A DNA stretch of 64,000 nucleotides from Flaccisagitta enflata (Eukaryota), in assembly GCA_965153355.1 (NCBI GenBank), contig OZ231126.1:32674001-32738000 (forward strand), in the 5' to 3' direction. Every line of letters begins with the position of its first letter. Position 1 is the stretch's first letter. The position numbers and the translations under genes are program-made. Positions 41,083 through 55,292 of the stretch are shown piece by piece. The notes beneath the pieces were generated by a model. That model was not told the origin of the DNA and ran no database searches. It was given only the letters and a program-made list of their open reading frames with translations.

Positions 41083-41522
41083 GTAAGTCAGAACAATAAA
41101 TCAACTTATGTAGAAGCAAACAAACAAATGAACAAATGAAACAGACAATATAACAAACAAACCATAGAACAAACAATGAAGCACACAAACATACTCTTCT
41201 CGGCTTGGAAATCAAATCTAGATTTATCAAGTGTTAAAAAGAGATGAATTCCGTTGCTCTTCTCGTTCTTTCTACTATGAAAAATGTATTTCTTCTTTGA
41301 TACAAACCTTGGTGCTCGTCGCAATGTTTTTTCTCCCTCGTCTGAAATCCTTTATCAGTTGTCAGCGGGGTTTTTTTTCTCGCGTTGCGAGTACAACCAC
41401 TTGAAGTTATTTATAGAATGTCTAGTCGACTTTACACTGGCAGATAAGAGGAAATCAGCAACACTAGTCTAGGCTTTGTCGGAGTGTCCATCCGTCTGAA
41501 AGATTTCTTTCTAAATTTGTCC

Positions 41523-42417
<895 letters not shown>

Positions 42418-42448
42418 AAGGAATAAAGAGAGAGAGAGATAAAGAATG

Positions 42449-43014
42449 AATAGTCGCAAAAGCGTTACATGGTCAGCGGTACCCGATGCCCCTAAGTTAG
42501 TGTATGTGGGAATGAGATTATGAGAAGGGCAGCGGCCCCGGAGGGGCCGATGACCTATGATTCCACATAGGACGATTTTCTCTGGTTTGAGAAGCTGGGT
42601 TGGAGGGCTGAGAGGCCTGATTTAGGGTCTGAAAGGCCTTATTTGGGTCTGAGGGGTCTAATTTGGGGTCTGAAAAGCCTGACATAGGGTCTGAGGCCTG
42701 ATTTGGATCTGAGAGGCCCAATTTGGGATCTGAGAAGCCTGATCTGGGGTCTGGGAGGCCTGATTTGGGGTGTGGGAGGCCTGATTTGGGGTCTGAGAGG
42801 CCTGATTTGGGGTCTGGGAGGCCTGATTTGAAGGCTGGGGAGCCTGATTTGGGGTCAGAAAGGTCTGATTTGGAGTCAAAAAGGCCTGATTTGGGGTCTG
42901 AGAGACTTTATTTGAGGCTTGGGGGGGGACGGACGGACGGACGGACGGAAACCGGAGAAAATTGCCCTATGTGGAATCATAGGTCATCGGCCCCTCCGGG
43001 GCCGCTGCCCAAAA
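42449..43014 (-). mobile_element. HINE, sister subfamily of the GGGCAGCGGCC family
   Basis: IR GGGCAGCGGCCCCGGAGGGGCCGATGACCTATGATTCCACATAGG with its complement at ~42966-43010; 21-bp repeat AGGCCTGATTTGGGGTCTGAG; - strand tail GGGCATCGGGTACCGCTGACCAT. Confidence 0.85.
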
Positions 43015-43026
43015 AGAGGATATAAA

Positions 43027-43407
43027 CAGTCTATGGACAAAACGAGGAGAGTAGATTTTGCTGATCACCGGTACGATGCTTAGGCGTAGTTTATTTTAAA
43101 ATGTAGGTTTGTAATTACCTCATAGAAAATGACTGAGGACTGAAAGAAACTAATGCAAGAATGATTACTACAGGTAGTAATCGTTCTTCCATTAGTTTCT
43201 TTCAGTCCTAAGTAATTTTCTACGAGGTGATTACAAACCTACATTTTGAACGATTACTACAGGTAGTAATTGTTCTTCCATTAGTTTCACTCAGTCCTTA
43301 GTAATTTTCTATGAGGTAATTACAAACCTAAATTTTAGAATTAACTTCGCCTAAGCATCATACCGGTGATCAGCAAAATCTACTCTCCTCGTTTTTTCCA
43401 TAGACTG
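43027..43407. mobile_element. Palindromic MITE with 4-bp TSD (TAAA) and internal arm duplication
   Basis: TAAA|CAGTCTATGGACAAAACGAGGAGAGTAGATTTTGCTGATCACCGGT ... ACCGGTGATCAGCAAAATCTACTCTCCTCGTTTTTTCCATAGACTG|TAAA. Confidence 0.88.
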
Positions 43408-43521
43408 TAAAGATGATTATATTGATAGTTGAGTTGGTCTCAGAACTGACTTTTATAAGTCGGAATGGTTTGAAGAGGAGCAAACAGACGTAAAGTTAGC
43501 CCTGAGGATATGGAACTAGGA

Positions 43522-43606
<85 letters not shown>

Positions 43607-44059
43607 AAGAGCAAGGGAAGAAGGGACGAGTTTCTTCTTATGAAAGTTGGACAACGTAACTACTTAAACCCAAACTAGCTTAAGGATGAAAGCCTTTGGA
43701 GCTTTCAATGGTGTTTAATCCGGACCCATCACAACTATCCTTAATGATTTCAAAAACATATATCTGAGATTATACCATAGAACTTTTTGATGGAAATTCC
43801 CATCAGTAAGAAAATTATATGATTTTCCGCTATTTGTGTAATGTGCTGGTGACAAGAAAGAGTACCAGATGAGTGTGCTGAATCGTGTCCCTCGATCCCT
43901 CACACATATCTGATCTTCCCATTGTAAAAAGCTCATGACACCCCCAACTTCCAATCAGTAATTTTCCCACCAAATAGAAAATCCCATCAAATCACTCCAT
44001 GTCAACCCAAAACTCTAAAATAAGCAGCAGTTATACTGAGATTTAGGACCAATAATTAC

Positions 44060-44835
44060 CAAAGGATAATTATATTACCAAAGGCAACATTGTCAGAAAA
44101 ACATACCCTTAGAGGTAAGAATCGAGGATCAACCATAAAGGGACCGCCGGCATTATATCCGATTTGCATATTTCAATCCAGAATCGAAAAGTTATTGGAT
44201 GAGACTGCTGCGTTAGCCGCTATTTAAAAAAAATTCTGTAAGTTGCAGAAAGTGTGAAAAAAGAAAATGATGTACAGGTAGTCGAGGTTAACAACGAGTT
44301 TCAATCAAATTTTATTGTAGAAGAGTCTGTGACGGTAAAGTTGAAAAAGATAAGGAAGCATAGAATAAATTCTTTCATAACCAGTAAATATCGTCATCCT
44401 ATGGTACGACAGTAACAAGAAGCTAAACCCTACTTTTTATAATGGCGCTCCCGGCAACATTATCGCCGCCATGGGAGCGCCTTCGCTGTGAAGTTGATAC
44501 GGGTGAGGGTCCGTTTGACGCATCCACATTAGTGGTCAACGGTAGCTCTAACCGAGAGTCATTAACCGTGTAGGTTGGCGTAGTATGTTAGTTCTTGAGT
44601 TTAGCTATTGCTTTTCCCAGAGGAAAGTGAAAGAGTAAGAGAGACAGCGACAGAGAGACAGTTCTCGACAGAACATGAAATCCTTTGACAGAGGGAAACA
44701 TTGGAGAGCGCGCGTTCAGAGAGCAACCAAGATGAATGAAAGGCTGAATTACTAACGTGGGCAGAAAAGGCAAGAAAGGAAAAGTGAAGACGTGTGAGAG
44801 AGGAACCCCCCGTTGCATTTCACAAGTTCACAACA
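44060..44835 (+). mobile_element. Possible decayed BEL/Pao LTR retrotransposon 3' remnant
   Basis: 250-bp TGTT...AACA segment (44586-44835) preceded by GGTTGGCGTAGTA. Broken frame NIVRKTYPL/RIED/KGTAGII resembles the BEL integrase C-terminus. No TSD. Confidence 0.35.
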
Positions 44836-45529
44836 GTCTGAATTGGATAAAAATGACGCAAAGAAAGAGTGAAGAAGCGTACCCTTAATCGATTTTCATG
44901 TTGTATCAACTCAACAATGAAGACTGTTGACGCACCAGGAAAATACAATGGGAGTTCATGCACTCAATATTCCACTGACTCCTTTATGATTCATCACTGA
45001 ATGAGTTGATGAGTAAGGAGGTCTTAATGAATAAAATGATCCCATCAATATTCAACAACCTCGACGCACCATGCACTTGCTTGCTCAACATGCAACAACC
45101 CCGTCGCGAATGGCATCTTAAATGCTAGCTGAAGCCATGTATGCACTATGCACGTGCTTGTTCAGGAGCCGATTGGTCCCACGTAAGTGATTATGAATAA
45201 AGTGATCCCAATTCCCAACAACCCCACCGAGAATCTCCGGTGATGATTCAAGCGGAAAAAGAGAGCAAACGCAAATTTGTTTTCTTCTCTCTTTTTCTTT
45301 TCTCGCCAAATCGAATTCTGCCTACGAGTTACGATGACGTCTTAGACTTTTCCCTTCTCCAATTATTTTTGTGATTGCGTCGTAGTCTTTTCCCCCTAGT
45401 CAATTTTGCCCGCAAGAAAATTGTTTTAATCTATTTCCATTATGTCTTACTGTGTTCGTTTTATTTCTTTCTTTCTTTCTCTCTGTCTGTCTGTCTTTCT
45501 TTCTCTCTTTCTTTATTTATTTCTTTATT

Positions 45530-45755
45530 TTCAAGTTCCGGACACGCAACTAAGAGGCTTTGTCCGTTCGTCGGTCCGTCCGTCGGTCTATATGTCAGTC
45601 CGCCCATGATGATCGAGTCAAAGAGTGGAAAAACAAGCATTTAAGGTTTGATTTCGGATGTGTGTGGGTGGCAGGTGGGGGTTGGGGTGTGGATGGGGGT
45701 TGGATGCCCCTGCCCACCCGTCCGCAATGATATTGTGACCCCGCGTCACTTGGTT
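45530..45755 (+). mobile_element. HINE-like element
   Basis: AAGAGGCTTTGTCCGTTCGTCGGTCCGTCCG ... TGCCCACCCGTCCGCAA..GTGACCCCGCGTCAC hairpin + TTGGTT. The same 3' end occurs at ~10495-10526. Confidence 0.65.
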
Positions 45756-46649
45756 TTTTTTTTTGCCGATCGATATAGTATACTATTGGTCTCTTTTACC
45801 CCTGAATTTTTACACAAAAGAAATAACACCCCTCACATAATTAAACGAACTGGCAAAATGATCGAAATTGACAGAAATAATGCATTCAGTGGGCTGAAAT
45901 TTGACTCAGATGGAGCTAAAACATAGTACTTTCGCAAATCGGGGCAAAGTTGTGTGCCCGGGAAAGTGCGTGGCTCTGGGAAAGGGTTATGCCAAAAATC
46001 CAGTGAAGGATTTTGACCGATTTTGACGAGGAAACTTTTGATGATGAGACAACATAAACCTCCTTAAAATTTACCATGAACAAGGCAAGGAAACATCAAT
46101 TTTCAGGTTCTTGTATCACTAACAGACAAAAATGAGTCGACAGCACCAAGATACAGTCAGTGGCAGCTGCTGATAATATCGAAGCCCCTTGTCAAAAAGA
46201 ACTGTTTTTGCCATATATTTGAAGCTAAACTAAACCTAAAATTTGCATGATATCGTTTGATGACGCTATTTAGAGCTGTTGGATGAAATGATTTGATTTT
46301 TTTTGGGTGGAACCCTCATGGAAATAACATTTTTTGAAAATATCATTAACCTGGACTCCTGTATTAGACTTGAAAAACGCAATTATGGGCATGTTCGGAT
46401 CCCAGTTCGCCTAATTTTGTGAGAAGTGTTAGATAAGAGGTTTTGAATGGTTCTTTTGAAAGGTTTTAAAAGTAGGGCAGGACGATAATGAATGAATCAG
46501 GGAAGCCAAACCGTCTTGAAAGGTTTGACGCTGAAAAAAGTCTGTTGACTCTCCGACGGTGAAAAACACATTTCAAGTTTTAAACTGCCAACAAATTGAA
46601 TTTCATTTTGGAGCGCGCGTGGCAAAGTGGCCGCGACTCTTGTGGTGAT

Positions 46650-46835
46650 CCGGTGGACGTGGTGTGGGTGCGGTGTGGGCGCGGTGTGGGTGGATGCGTT
46701 GTAGGTGCGGTGTGGACGCGGTGTGGACGCGGTGTGGACGCGGTGTGGACGTGGTGTGGACGCGGTGTGGACGCGGTGTGTGTGCAATGTGGACGCGGTG
46801 AAGACGCGGTGTGGGTGCGGTGTGGGCCCGGTGTT
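46650..46835. repeat. 11-bp minisatellite (CGCGGTGTGGA)n
   Basis: Direct reading. Confidence 0.85.
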
Positions 46836-47504
46836 GGCGCGCTTATGCGGATTACGAAGACGGTGGAAATAACGACGGCTCTGACAAAGATAGATGTTGA
46901 CGGAGTTAAAGTTCTCATTTGCAGTTGATTTGGGCGTTCTCGTGTGTAGTGACTATGGTGAGTGCGTGTTACGAAGGGCTCGTATTTGGTTATAGCATGG
47001 GTCTGGATAGTCGTGGCAATTGTGGCATCTTTAGCGTTATAGCTGTGGTAATTCTTTTCTGACATCTCGAGCGGTGGGTTTAACAATTGCGACGATTGCG
47101 GCGAAAATGGCATTATTGAAGTCGGTTGTGAACTGTGAATGATGTGCTATTTGTAGAGTTTGTGTCAAATTACTCGTGCAGATTGTCAGAGTCAGGAGCT
47201 GTGGAAATTGTGGAAATCGTGGTCTGTGGTGTCTGAAGCTTTGTCGTGGGTTTTGCCAGTTGTGCCGTGGATTGGAGCAGTTGTGGCAATTGTGGCGTGA
47301 GTTGTGGCAATTTTAAGCGTCGGTTGTAGCAGTTGTGGCAATTGTGGCATGGGTTGTGGAAGTTGTAGCAATTGTGGTGTAACCTATGGCGTTGTTTTTT
47401 CCGTGAATCGAAATGTCGACGGCGAAAGGAAAAACGATTTCGTATGCGCCGACTGTTGGATTTCTCATTATTCCGTTGGAAATAGAATGGAGTAGACGCG
47501 CTAC

Positions 47505-47851
<347 letters not shown>

Positions 47852-48226
47852 AACTCGAAAATGGGGAACAGAGATTGAAGAAGAGATAGACAATTGAGCG
47901 AGCGGACAAAAATGAGACAGACTAGAAAATACCGGTGGAAAGTAAAAATGGAAGAGACAGACGAGACAACGATAGTGAGACCAAAAACGAACAGAGAGAG
48001 AAAGCGGGAACATTTTTTTGGCTCATGTTTCTGGTTTGCCTTTTCGACCAAAGACCCAAATCCATCTTAATCAAATTCACTTTTACACTTTCGCTCCTTT
48101 TTTTCCTTTTTTTCCTTTCTTTCTGAATCTTCTTTTTCATCTCCTACAAAGTGTTCTTTTCTTTTTGCCAGCGGCTTTGTCATAGAAGACGACCTCTGAA
48201 AAACTTGAGGAGGTTCATTTTTAAAA

Positions 48227-48357
48227 AACAAGGCCAAGTAGGCCAATAAGGTGCGACGTGTGGATCGTCGAACGAATGCGTTACAGACAGACCGACAAAC
48301 CGACCAACCGACCGACGGACAGAGCCAGTTATACAGGTGCTTTGTCGCACCTAAAAA
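48227..48357 (-). mobile_element. Short HINE (AGGTGCGAC family)
   Basis: AACAAGGCC..GGCC hairpin, AGGTGCGAC / GTCGCACCT subterminal IR, (ACCG)n, terminal AAAAA. Confidence 0.75.
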
Positions 48358-48739
48358 TTATTCCAAATGAAACAATCTCTTATCATTAAAAAACAAAAAC
48401 AAATTATCCACGCTGAGCATTTTGGTCATGAAAGGATTTTCCATGCCCAAAATTATCAATATCCACTACCAGTCTATATTATCAATTGAATGTCATATGG
48501 GGTTGGACTTCTCAGTTCTCACTCCGCTATCTGTACTGTAAATCTTGAATTAAAGCAAAAACTCATCATGCGATTTTGAGTGTACATGACTTGCTATGAG
48601 TAATTGTGTAATGGATACATGTGTCATAAGCATTGCTTTGGTTGCTCAAAACCAAAACACGGTAGAAAGATTGGCATACAGGCGGCTTATTAGGAATTGA
48701 CTAGATTCACGAGCGAGAGACGCGTTTGTGAGTCTCTTA

Positions 48740-49153
48740 GACCTTGTTATCTTTTTTGCACTGGCAGAGAAGGACCTTGTTATCTTTGTGCACTGCCAGA
48801 GAAGGACCTTGCTATCTTTGTGCACTGCCAGAGAAGGACCTTGTTATCTTTGCGCAGTGCCAGAGAAGGACCTTATTATCTTTGTGCACTGCCAGAGAAG
48901 GACCTTGTTATCTTTGTGCACTGCCAGTGAAGGACCTTATTATCTTTGTGCACTGCCAAAGAAGGACCTTGTTATCTTTGTGCACTGCCAGAGAAGGACC
49001 ATATTATCTTTTTGCACTGCCAGAGAAGGACCTTGTTATCTTTGTGCACTGCCAGAGAATGACCTTGTTATCTTTGTGCACTGCCAGAAAAGGACCTTGT
49101 TATCTTTATGCACTGCCAGAGAAGGACCTAGCTATCTTTGTGCACCGGCAGAG
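48740..49153. repeat. 32-bp minisatellite (~13 copies)
   Basis: Unit GACCTTGTTATCTTTGTGCACTGCCAGAGAAG; head-to-tail with no spacers. Confidence 0.95.
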
Positions 49154-49431
49154 AATCTGGCGACGGTTCATCCACGACTTTGGCACCAATTCTTCTTTTT
49201 TTCTCATTCCATCGCTAGATTAGAATTTATTATGCGTGTGAGGCTTGATAGATTTTTGTTCAATTCTTTCTTTTTTTCGTTTTTTCCCCAAAATTTTCCC
49301 AATTTTCCGAATTGTAAAGACGCTGTCATCGTTCTAATGAAATCCGGAGTTTCATCAAGTGTGAAATGAAAACGTGTACGTAAACACAAAACACGGGATT
49401 CAGTGCGGGAATGAGATTTTTTAAAGTTGTA

Positions 49432-50198
49432 CAGGGAGTACCACGCCAAACAGGACAAAAGAAAACGATGTATCTTTGCTTCTAGAAATGGTAGAATGAT
49501 TCTGTAAACAGGTTCAGAAAGCTCTTAAAAAACGATTTTTATATCTGTATTTTGCCAAAGGCTCAATAAGAAAACTGAATCCCTTTGTATTGTTTAAAGC
49601 AAAGTATAGTTTTTGCTTTTAGTTTTTGCTTGTTTTGTTGTTTATTGACAAGCATCTTTTTATCCTACTCTCATTTCCAAACAAATGGTGCTACAATCCT
49701 GGCAATGGTCTTGAATTAAAGATATTGTGAGGTAGAATCATACCTCTGCAAAAAATGAGAAAATTGTACAATATTAGTTAGGTCCAGAGACTTTTTTGTA
49801 AGTTTCATTACAAAAAAGTTTTATGTGCATTGATAAAAATTTCAATAACTATATTGAATGATACAATTTTGACAAAGGTCATGAGGGAATCCCAATCTTC
49901 AGTGTCCTAGCGTAACTGACAAACATTTCTGACCATTTTTTGTCATCTATATGTGAATATGACTTGAAAAATCTAAGGAAAAACCTTGAATTTGGATAGA
50001 AATTAGCATTTTTTGCTAAAAAAAGGCATTTTTTCATGGTTTTGCTGAGGATATATGTTAACCATGACTAGCAAAAGTCTGTATCATTCAAAAATCGTCT
50101 GAAGTTATCTTTTAGAAACAGTTTTCAGAAATGATTTTGCACTTCTAGAAGCAAAAATACATCGTTTTCTTTTGTCCTGTTTGATGTGATACACCCTG
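49432..50198. mobile_element. Tc1/mariner MITE
   Basis: TA|CAGGGAGTACCACGCCAAACAGGACAAAAGAAAACGATGTAT ... ATACATCGTTTTCTTTTGTCCTGTTTGATGTGATACACCCTG|TA. Confidence 0.88.
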
Positions 50199-51340
50199 TA
50201 CGTATACAAGATTTTTTCTAGATACTGACGCGATGGTTATTGGACACAAATCTGTCTTTCTGACGATCAGTCAGTCGGTCATGCTTTTCTTGTTGCAGCA
50301 ATCAGATTCAAGCGTTATAAAAAACGGCTTTTGTTTTCTCAGCCATCATGTCCATAGATGCTTTAAGTCAACGAATCTATCCAAACAGAGTGATCTAGAT
50401 ACTTTAAATATTCTTTGTGGTAATTAGTCATTACTAATGACTATATGAATCAACAATAAACTATATGAATTCAGTTTTTGAGGTATTTTACTTTAGGCAA
50501 TGTAATCTATGAATTCATATTTTTCTAAATCGATTTGCAATTCCGTCAGCAATCGCTTTTTTACCGTTTCCACAGATTGTTGAATTACCATTCGAACAAT
50601 TTCAGACTTATGACTCAAACTTATCCTTTTCATTCCTTATCCATTCTTTCCAATGTCTCATTTTCCATTGTTTTTCCTTTTTTTACGTGATTCGTTTTCA
50701 TTCACATCTTGTGTTTTTTTCTTTTTCTTCTTCTTCCTTTCTCCTCACTTCCCTCTTTCCATTTTTCATAATTCTATGACTTAAAGAGAAGAGGAAAAGA
50801 GGTGGCAGACATATTCTATAGAAATCTTTATGTTTTTATCTTCGTTGAACAAATGTTTTCTTACAAGTTTAAAAGATAATACATCTCGGCGGAATGCCTC
50901 GGACAGATTGATAGAATCCACTTGAATGTCCAAACTACATCCATTTCTTCTTGTCTGTCCAAACTACATCCATTTCTTCTTGTCTGTCAAAACTTATGAG
51001 GGATTATTCATGAGCTGGATGGAGTTAAAGCTAGATTTATGGCGGATCTAATGTGTTTGAATGCGCAAACACGTGTATATCTATTTCAGTTTGATTTGTA
51101 TATGCAAATTACCGTCCTTTTTAATGCCATCCAAAAATCTGTTTGCCGTCTTTTATTTTTTCCCTCTTTTTATTTCTGTCTCTAACAGGTTGTCGTTTAC
51201 GTTATTTGCCATTTCACTTGATTTTTATCTTCTATTCATCTTTTGCAATAACTATCTCACCCTCTTTCTCTCTCTATCACTGCTGGTATCTGTCACGGAG
51301 TTTTCATCCGCCTGTCTGTCTGTACCTCTCTCTCACATTA

Positions 51341-51384
<44 letters not shown>

Positions 51385-51777
51385 GCAGAAAATTATTGAT
51401 CATAATAACACTATCCCGACAGAGATATCTGCTGATCTGTGCCTGAAGATAACTATCCTGAGGAGCGAAAAGTTTTTAAGATTATGCCTCTCACGGAAAT
51501 AAACAGATGTGCCACTACGGCAATGAACCATGGATGAGCCATTTTGGCAATGACTGGACCAACAAGCGCTTCCCTCGAATGAAAGCTGCTGCTCCTGAAT
51601 TCCATGTTAATAAGGTTCAAGTTGAAAATTTATAATGTTTCAACTACAAAATGAATCTACACCTAGGCGACCTTTCGGATCGGAATAACCCGCGGCGCAT
51701 GCGCCATGAAACATTATGAAATTTTGTGGAATGCGCGCTTACAAATGGTTGACATTACTATTGTGCGTTAAAACATT

Positions 51778-51823
<46 letters not shown>

Positions 51824-51973
51824 CCCATTTGCCTCCATTTTGCCTTGTCCTCATTTGGCACATGGTTGTTGGCTTGAGAGCACTGCCAGTTATGTTACCA
51901 AGCAGCCAACCAAGCACCAGATGCGTCTTCTGCTTTTTTGAAATCGATTTATTCCTTTTTCCTTTTCTCTCTT

Positions 51974-52012
<39 letters not shown>

Positions 52013-52828
52013 AGAATCGAACGCAAAATGGCAACTTTTTTGCCCGTCGGTGCGTGGCACGTCTGTTTGTTTGTGTCTTGGCGCGTGTGTGTATGTAGAT
52101 CCACCTGCGCACCAGCGCCTTATCTAAGGTGAGTGCGCGTTCGTGTGCTTATGTGTTTGTGGATGTGCAATTGTGTCTCTGTGTGCAGGCTCAGTACCAT
52201 TACCGTTTTCCATTTGTTACGAAACAAGTTGTTAAACCAAGATTGCGCATTTGACTTCAGGATGGTGCTTTCATTTCTGTTTTTGAGGTCATTTTCCCCT
52301 TATTTCTCCTCATTTCTTTTCTCTTTGCCTAAGATTTCATTACGTTTTATTTTTCTTTTAACGAGATTGCTCCATCAAGTTCAAGATGTGGTCGCGACAG
52401 CTTGAAAAAAAGAGAAGAGAAGGGTAGGAAATCCATTTTCTCATTTCCGAGCTGAGAATGAAGCTGAAGCGGCGACTTTCTCTTTCGCTTTCATTTCTTT
52501 AAAGTCGCGGGTACGCCACTTGATAAGCCGCGGTGTTTGTCGGTTAATCGGTCTGTCGAACCGTTGTCGTTGACTCCTTGTTTTTACTTTGAACAGCTCT
52601 CGGCTTTGATACAATTTTCGTTTTCACCGTTTTCAAGTCTGCATAAATCTAAGATGTCTTACACGTCTTACATGAACAGTTGAATACTCACTGGCATGAC
52701 ATAAGGAGCTTTAACATCTGCTGCCATTATTGTTATCCCACGTGGAAATTCCGGCTTTGTGTTCAGTCTCGTTGGATAATTTCTTCCGTTTTAGATGAAG
52801 AATTTTCTGCGTAGGTGTTGTACTTGTG

Positions 52829-53058
52829 CCAGATACACGGCCGATAAGTAATCGCTTGCGGGTGGGCAGGGGCAGTAATGACGGTGGGCAGGGACAGTAA
52901 GTGGCAGGGCGCGGGCTGTTATGTGGTTGGGCCAGGGCAGTAAAACCTATGAATCACTAATTCAGTCGATTTCGCATCATCCAAAATATCGCTTTACCAA
53001 CCAACCATCATACCAAGGGACACACCATCTTTTAGAGTCGCTTAGCAAGCGGCTAAAT
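52829..53058 (-). mobile_element. HINE-like element
   Basis: GCCAGATACACGGC hairpin, GGGTGGGCAGGGGCAGTAATG, (ACCA)n, AGAGTCGCTTAGCAAGCGGCTAAA end. Confidence 0.6.
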
Positions 53059-53998
53059 CGTCTTGCTTTGAAAGTTGGTTGGTCCTCTTGTTCAAATTCA
53101 ATGACTATGTAAGGAGTTCTATTCTTTCAATCTGCGTGGCTGGTGCCGTCAAGGGAGAAATACTCGAAGATTCCACAAGGCCAATAGCGCGTAAATTGCT
53201 TCACGCCATTACATTTCAACGAAGATATCTCTTACAATTGTAATCTTCAGCAATTCCATAGTGAATTCCTCAACAACTCTGTTACAATTGATGGTCGTCT
53301 TTCCCTTGAAAGACTGCAAGGCATCGAAAGGTTTATGTGTCAGTTTGCGTTTGTGTCTGTGTCTGCCTTTGTGTTTGTGTTCCTGGTTAAGATCCATTTT
53401 TCTCCATATTATTCTAGTTACCGATCATCCGTCTGCATTCTCCCTTTCTTCCTTTTCTCCTTCCTTTCTTTCATTCACTCACTCGCTCTCTCGTTTCTTT
53501 TTCCTTGCGTGGGAGGGCGACAGACGACCAAATATCTGAAAACGGATATTCGACATTCTTGGGCGGGGAATTCTCACCAGTGGGAAGGATTTTTTTCTCA
53601 CCAGTGGGATGAAGTGAAATTCTCACCAGTGGGATAAAAAATATTGGTAGGAAAAAAATATTTCCCACTGGTGAGAATTTTTAAGAAAAAAAATTCTCAC
53701 TAGTGGGAAGAAAAAGGAGGAAATGGAGGGAGGGGGAGGAATGGGGATGAAGAGGGAGGAAAGGGCCTATTTTCAATGCTTTTAGGTCAGGATTTGAGTT
53801 CAAAAGCATGAAGATGAGATCCAAGGGCAGGATCAAATCTTATATGTTTTATTTTGGGTTGCAGTGAGGGATTTGTAAAAGACGAAAGTATATGCATATA
53901 AATGTTTTAACCTTTTCAAAACAAACATTAGCCAATACCAGTCACGGACGGGTAGGCAGGGGTGGAAATGCCTATTTTTACACTTGATGACCCTTGAC

Positions 53999-54198
53999 TA
54001 AGGCCTTGCGGGTTTGGCCGTGAGAAGGCCGAGGCTCGGTTTTGAGGCCAAACCCCAATTCGGTTTTGCTTACAAAACCGACCTTGTTTTCTAGGAGTTT
54101 TTTACTTCTATATCATTCTTTCATTCTTCCACTCATCAAACTATTTTTGGTTTTTTTTTCTCATCTGTCTGTCTCTCTCTCCCTCTCCCTCCCTCTTC

Positions 54199-54232
<34 letters not shown>

Positions 54233-54239
54233 TCTCTCG

Positions 54240-54272
<33 letters not shown>

Positions 54273-54543
54273 ATTTATTTCTTTGTTTTATTTCTTATTA
54301 TGTTGTTCAAACTAATTCTTTTTTCCTTCTTGCTCATATTTTTTGTTGTCTCACTATGTCTGTGTCTGTGTGTTTAGTTTCTCTTGTTTTTTTTCTCTCC
54401 CTTTTCTCTCATTTCGTTTTTCTATCTTTTTCTTACTTTATTTATAAAACCGGTATAAACCCGACATAAACCCGAGGAAAGGTTTTGGGGTATTCCGAAC
54501 CCGAACCGAAACCGAGGAAAAAAACGCCATACGCAAGGCCTTA
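53999..54543. mobile_element. hAT-type MITE
   Basis: TIR TAAGGCCTTGCG / CGCAAGGCCTTA; 8-bp TSD CCCTTGAC. Confidence 0.9.
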
Positions 54544-55094
54544 CCCTTGACAGACCAACAGACGGACCAATGAACCAACAAACAAAAGAACAAAGCCTCT
54601 TAAAGAGGCAATAGTATGAACTAAAAAACTGTAGATGTAGCCGCTGTTTCAGTGAAAATTTTAACTTTACCTAGTGGCTTAAATGATATATAGGTTCTAC
54701 CAGTGTGTGATTTTAGATTTTGATTTTGGGTCCTGGAAATGGATCTTTAGATTGGAATAGTGGCATCAAGGCTGAGACAAATGACAATTGGGAAACAGAC
54801 TGATGAACAGACCGACTAACTAATGGACACATTCTCTTATAAAGATGCGAGGAGGCGTCTAAAAATGGTGTTATAGGTGGTTGTTGATTGATTTTGACAA
54901 ATGAGTAATTGACCGATGGACAGACTGACCAACGGATGGACACAACAACTTATAGAGATGCGAGGATGCATCATAAAACTTAATAAAGCCAGTTAGGGTG
55001 ATATATCTACCAGGATAGATATTGTATGAATACAATTAATTCAAAACAATAAACTAACATAAAACATATGCTTTGTTGCAAATTAAATTCACCA

Positions 55095-55292
55095 TTTTGA
55101 TCGCGACTCTACACCTCACTATGTCGGTCTATCAGTCATTCGATAGGTCATTCTGTCGGTCCCTTTTTTACTTTTTCGGCGTGTTTGAGCTTTTTGAGCA
55201 TACAGATCCTGCCCAGATGACCCAGTGACCTTCTCCAGCACTGCTACTACCCACCCGCACGTGACTAGGCTAGCCATATATCCGGCTTAATT
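55095..55292 (+). mobile_element. HINE, copy of the 32741-32948 family
   Basis: CGCGACTCTACACCTCACTATGTCGGTC...TTACTTTTTCGGCGTGTTTGAGCTTTTTGAGC...CACGTGACT..GCCATATATCCGGC. Confidence 0.8.

Noticed and set aside
48740-49153. 32-bp repeats as a CRISPR array
   Set aside because: Repeats are head-to-tail with no unique spacers; no cas genes; eukaryotic context.
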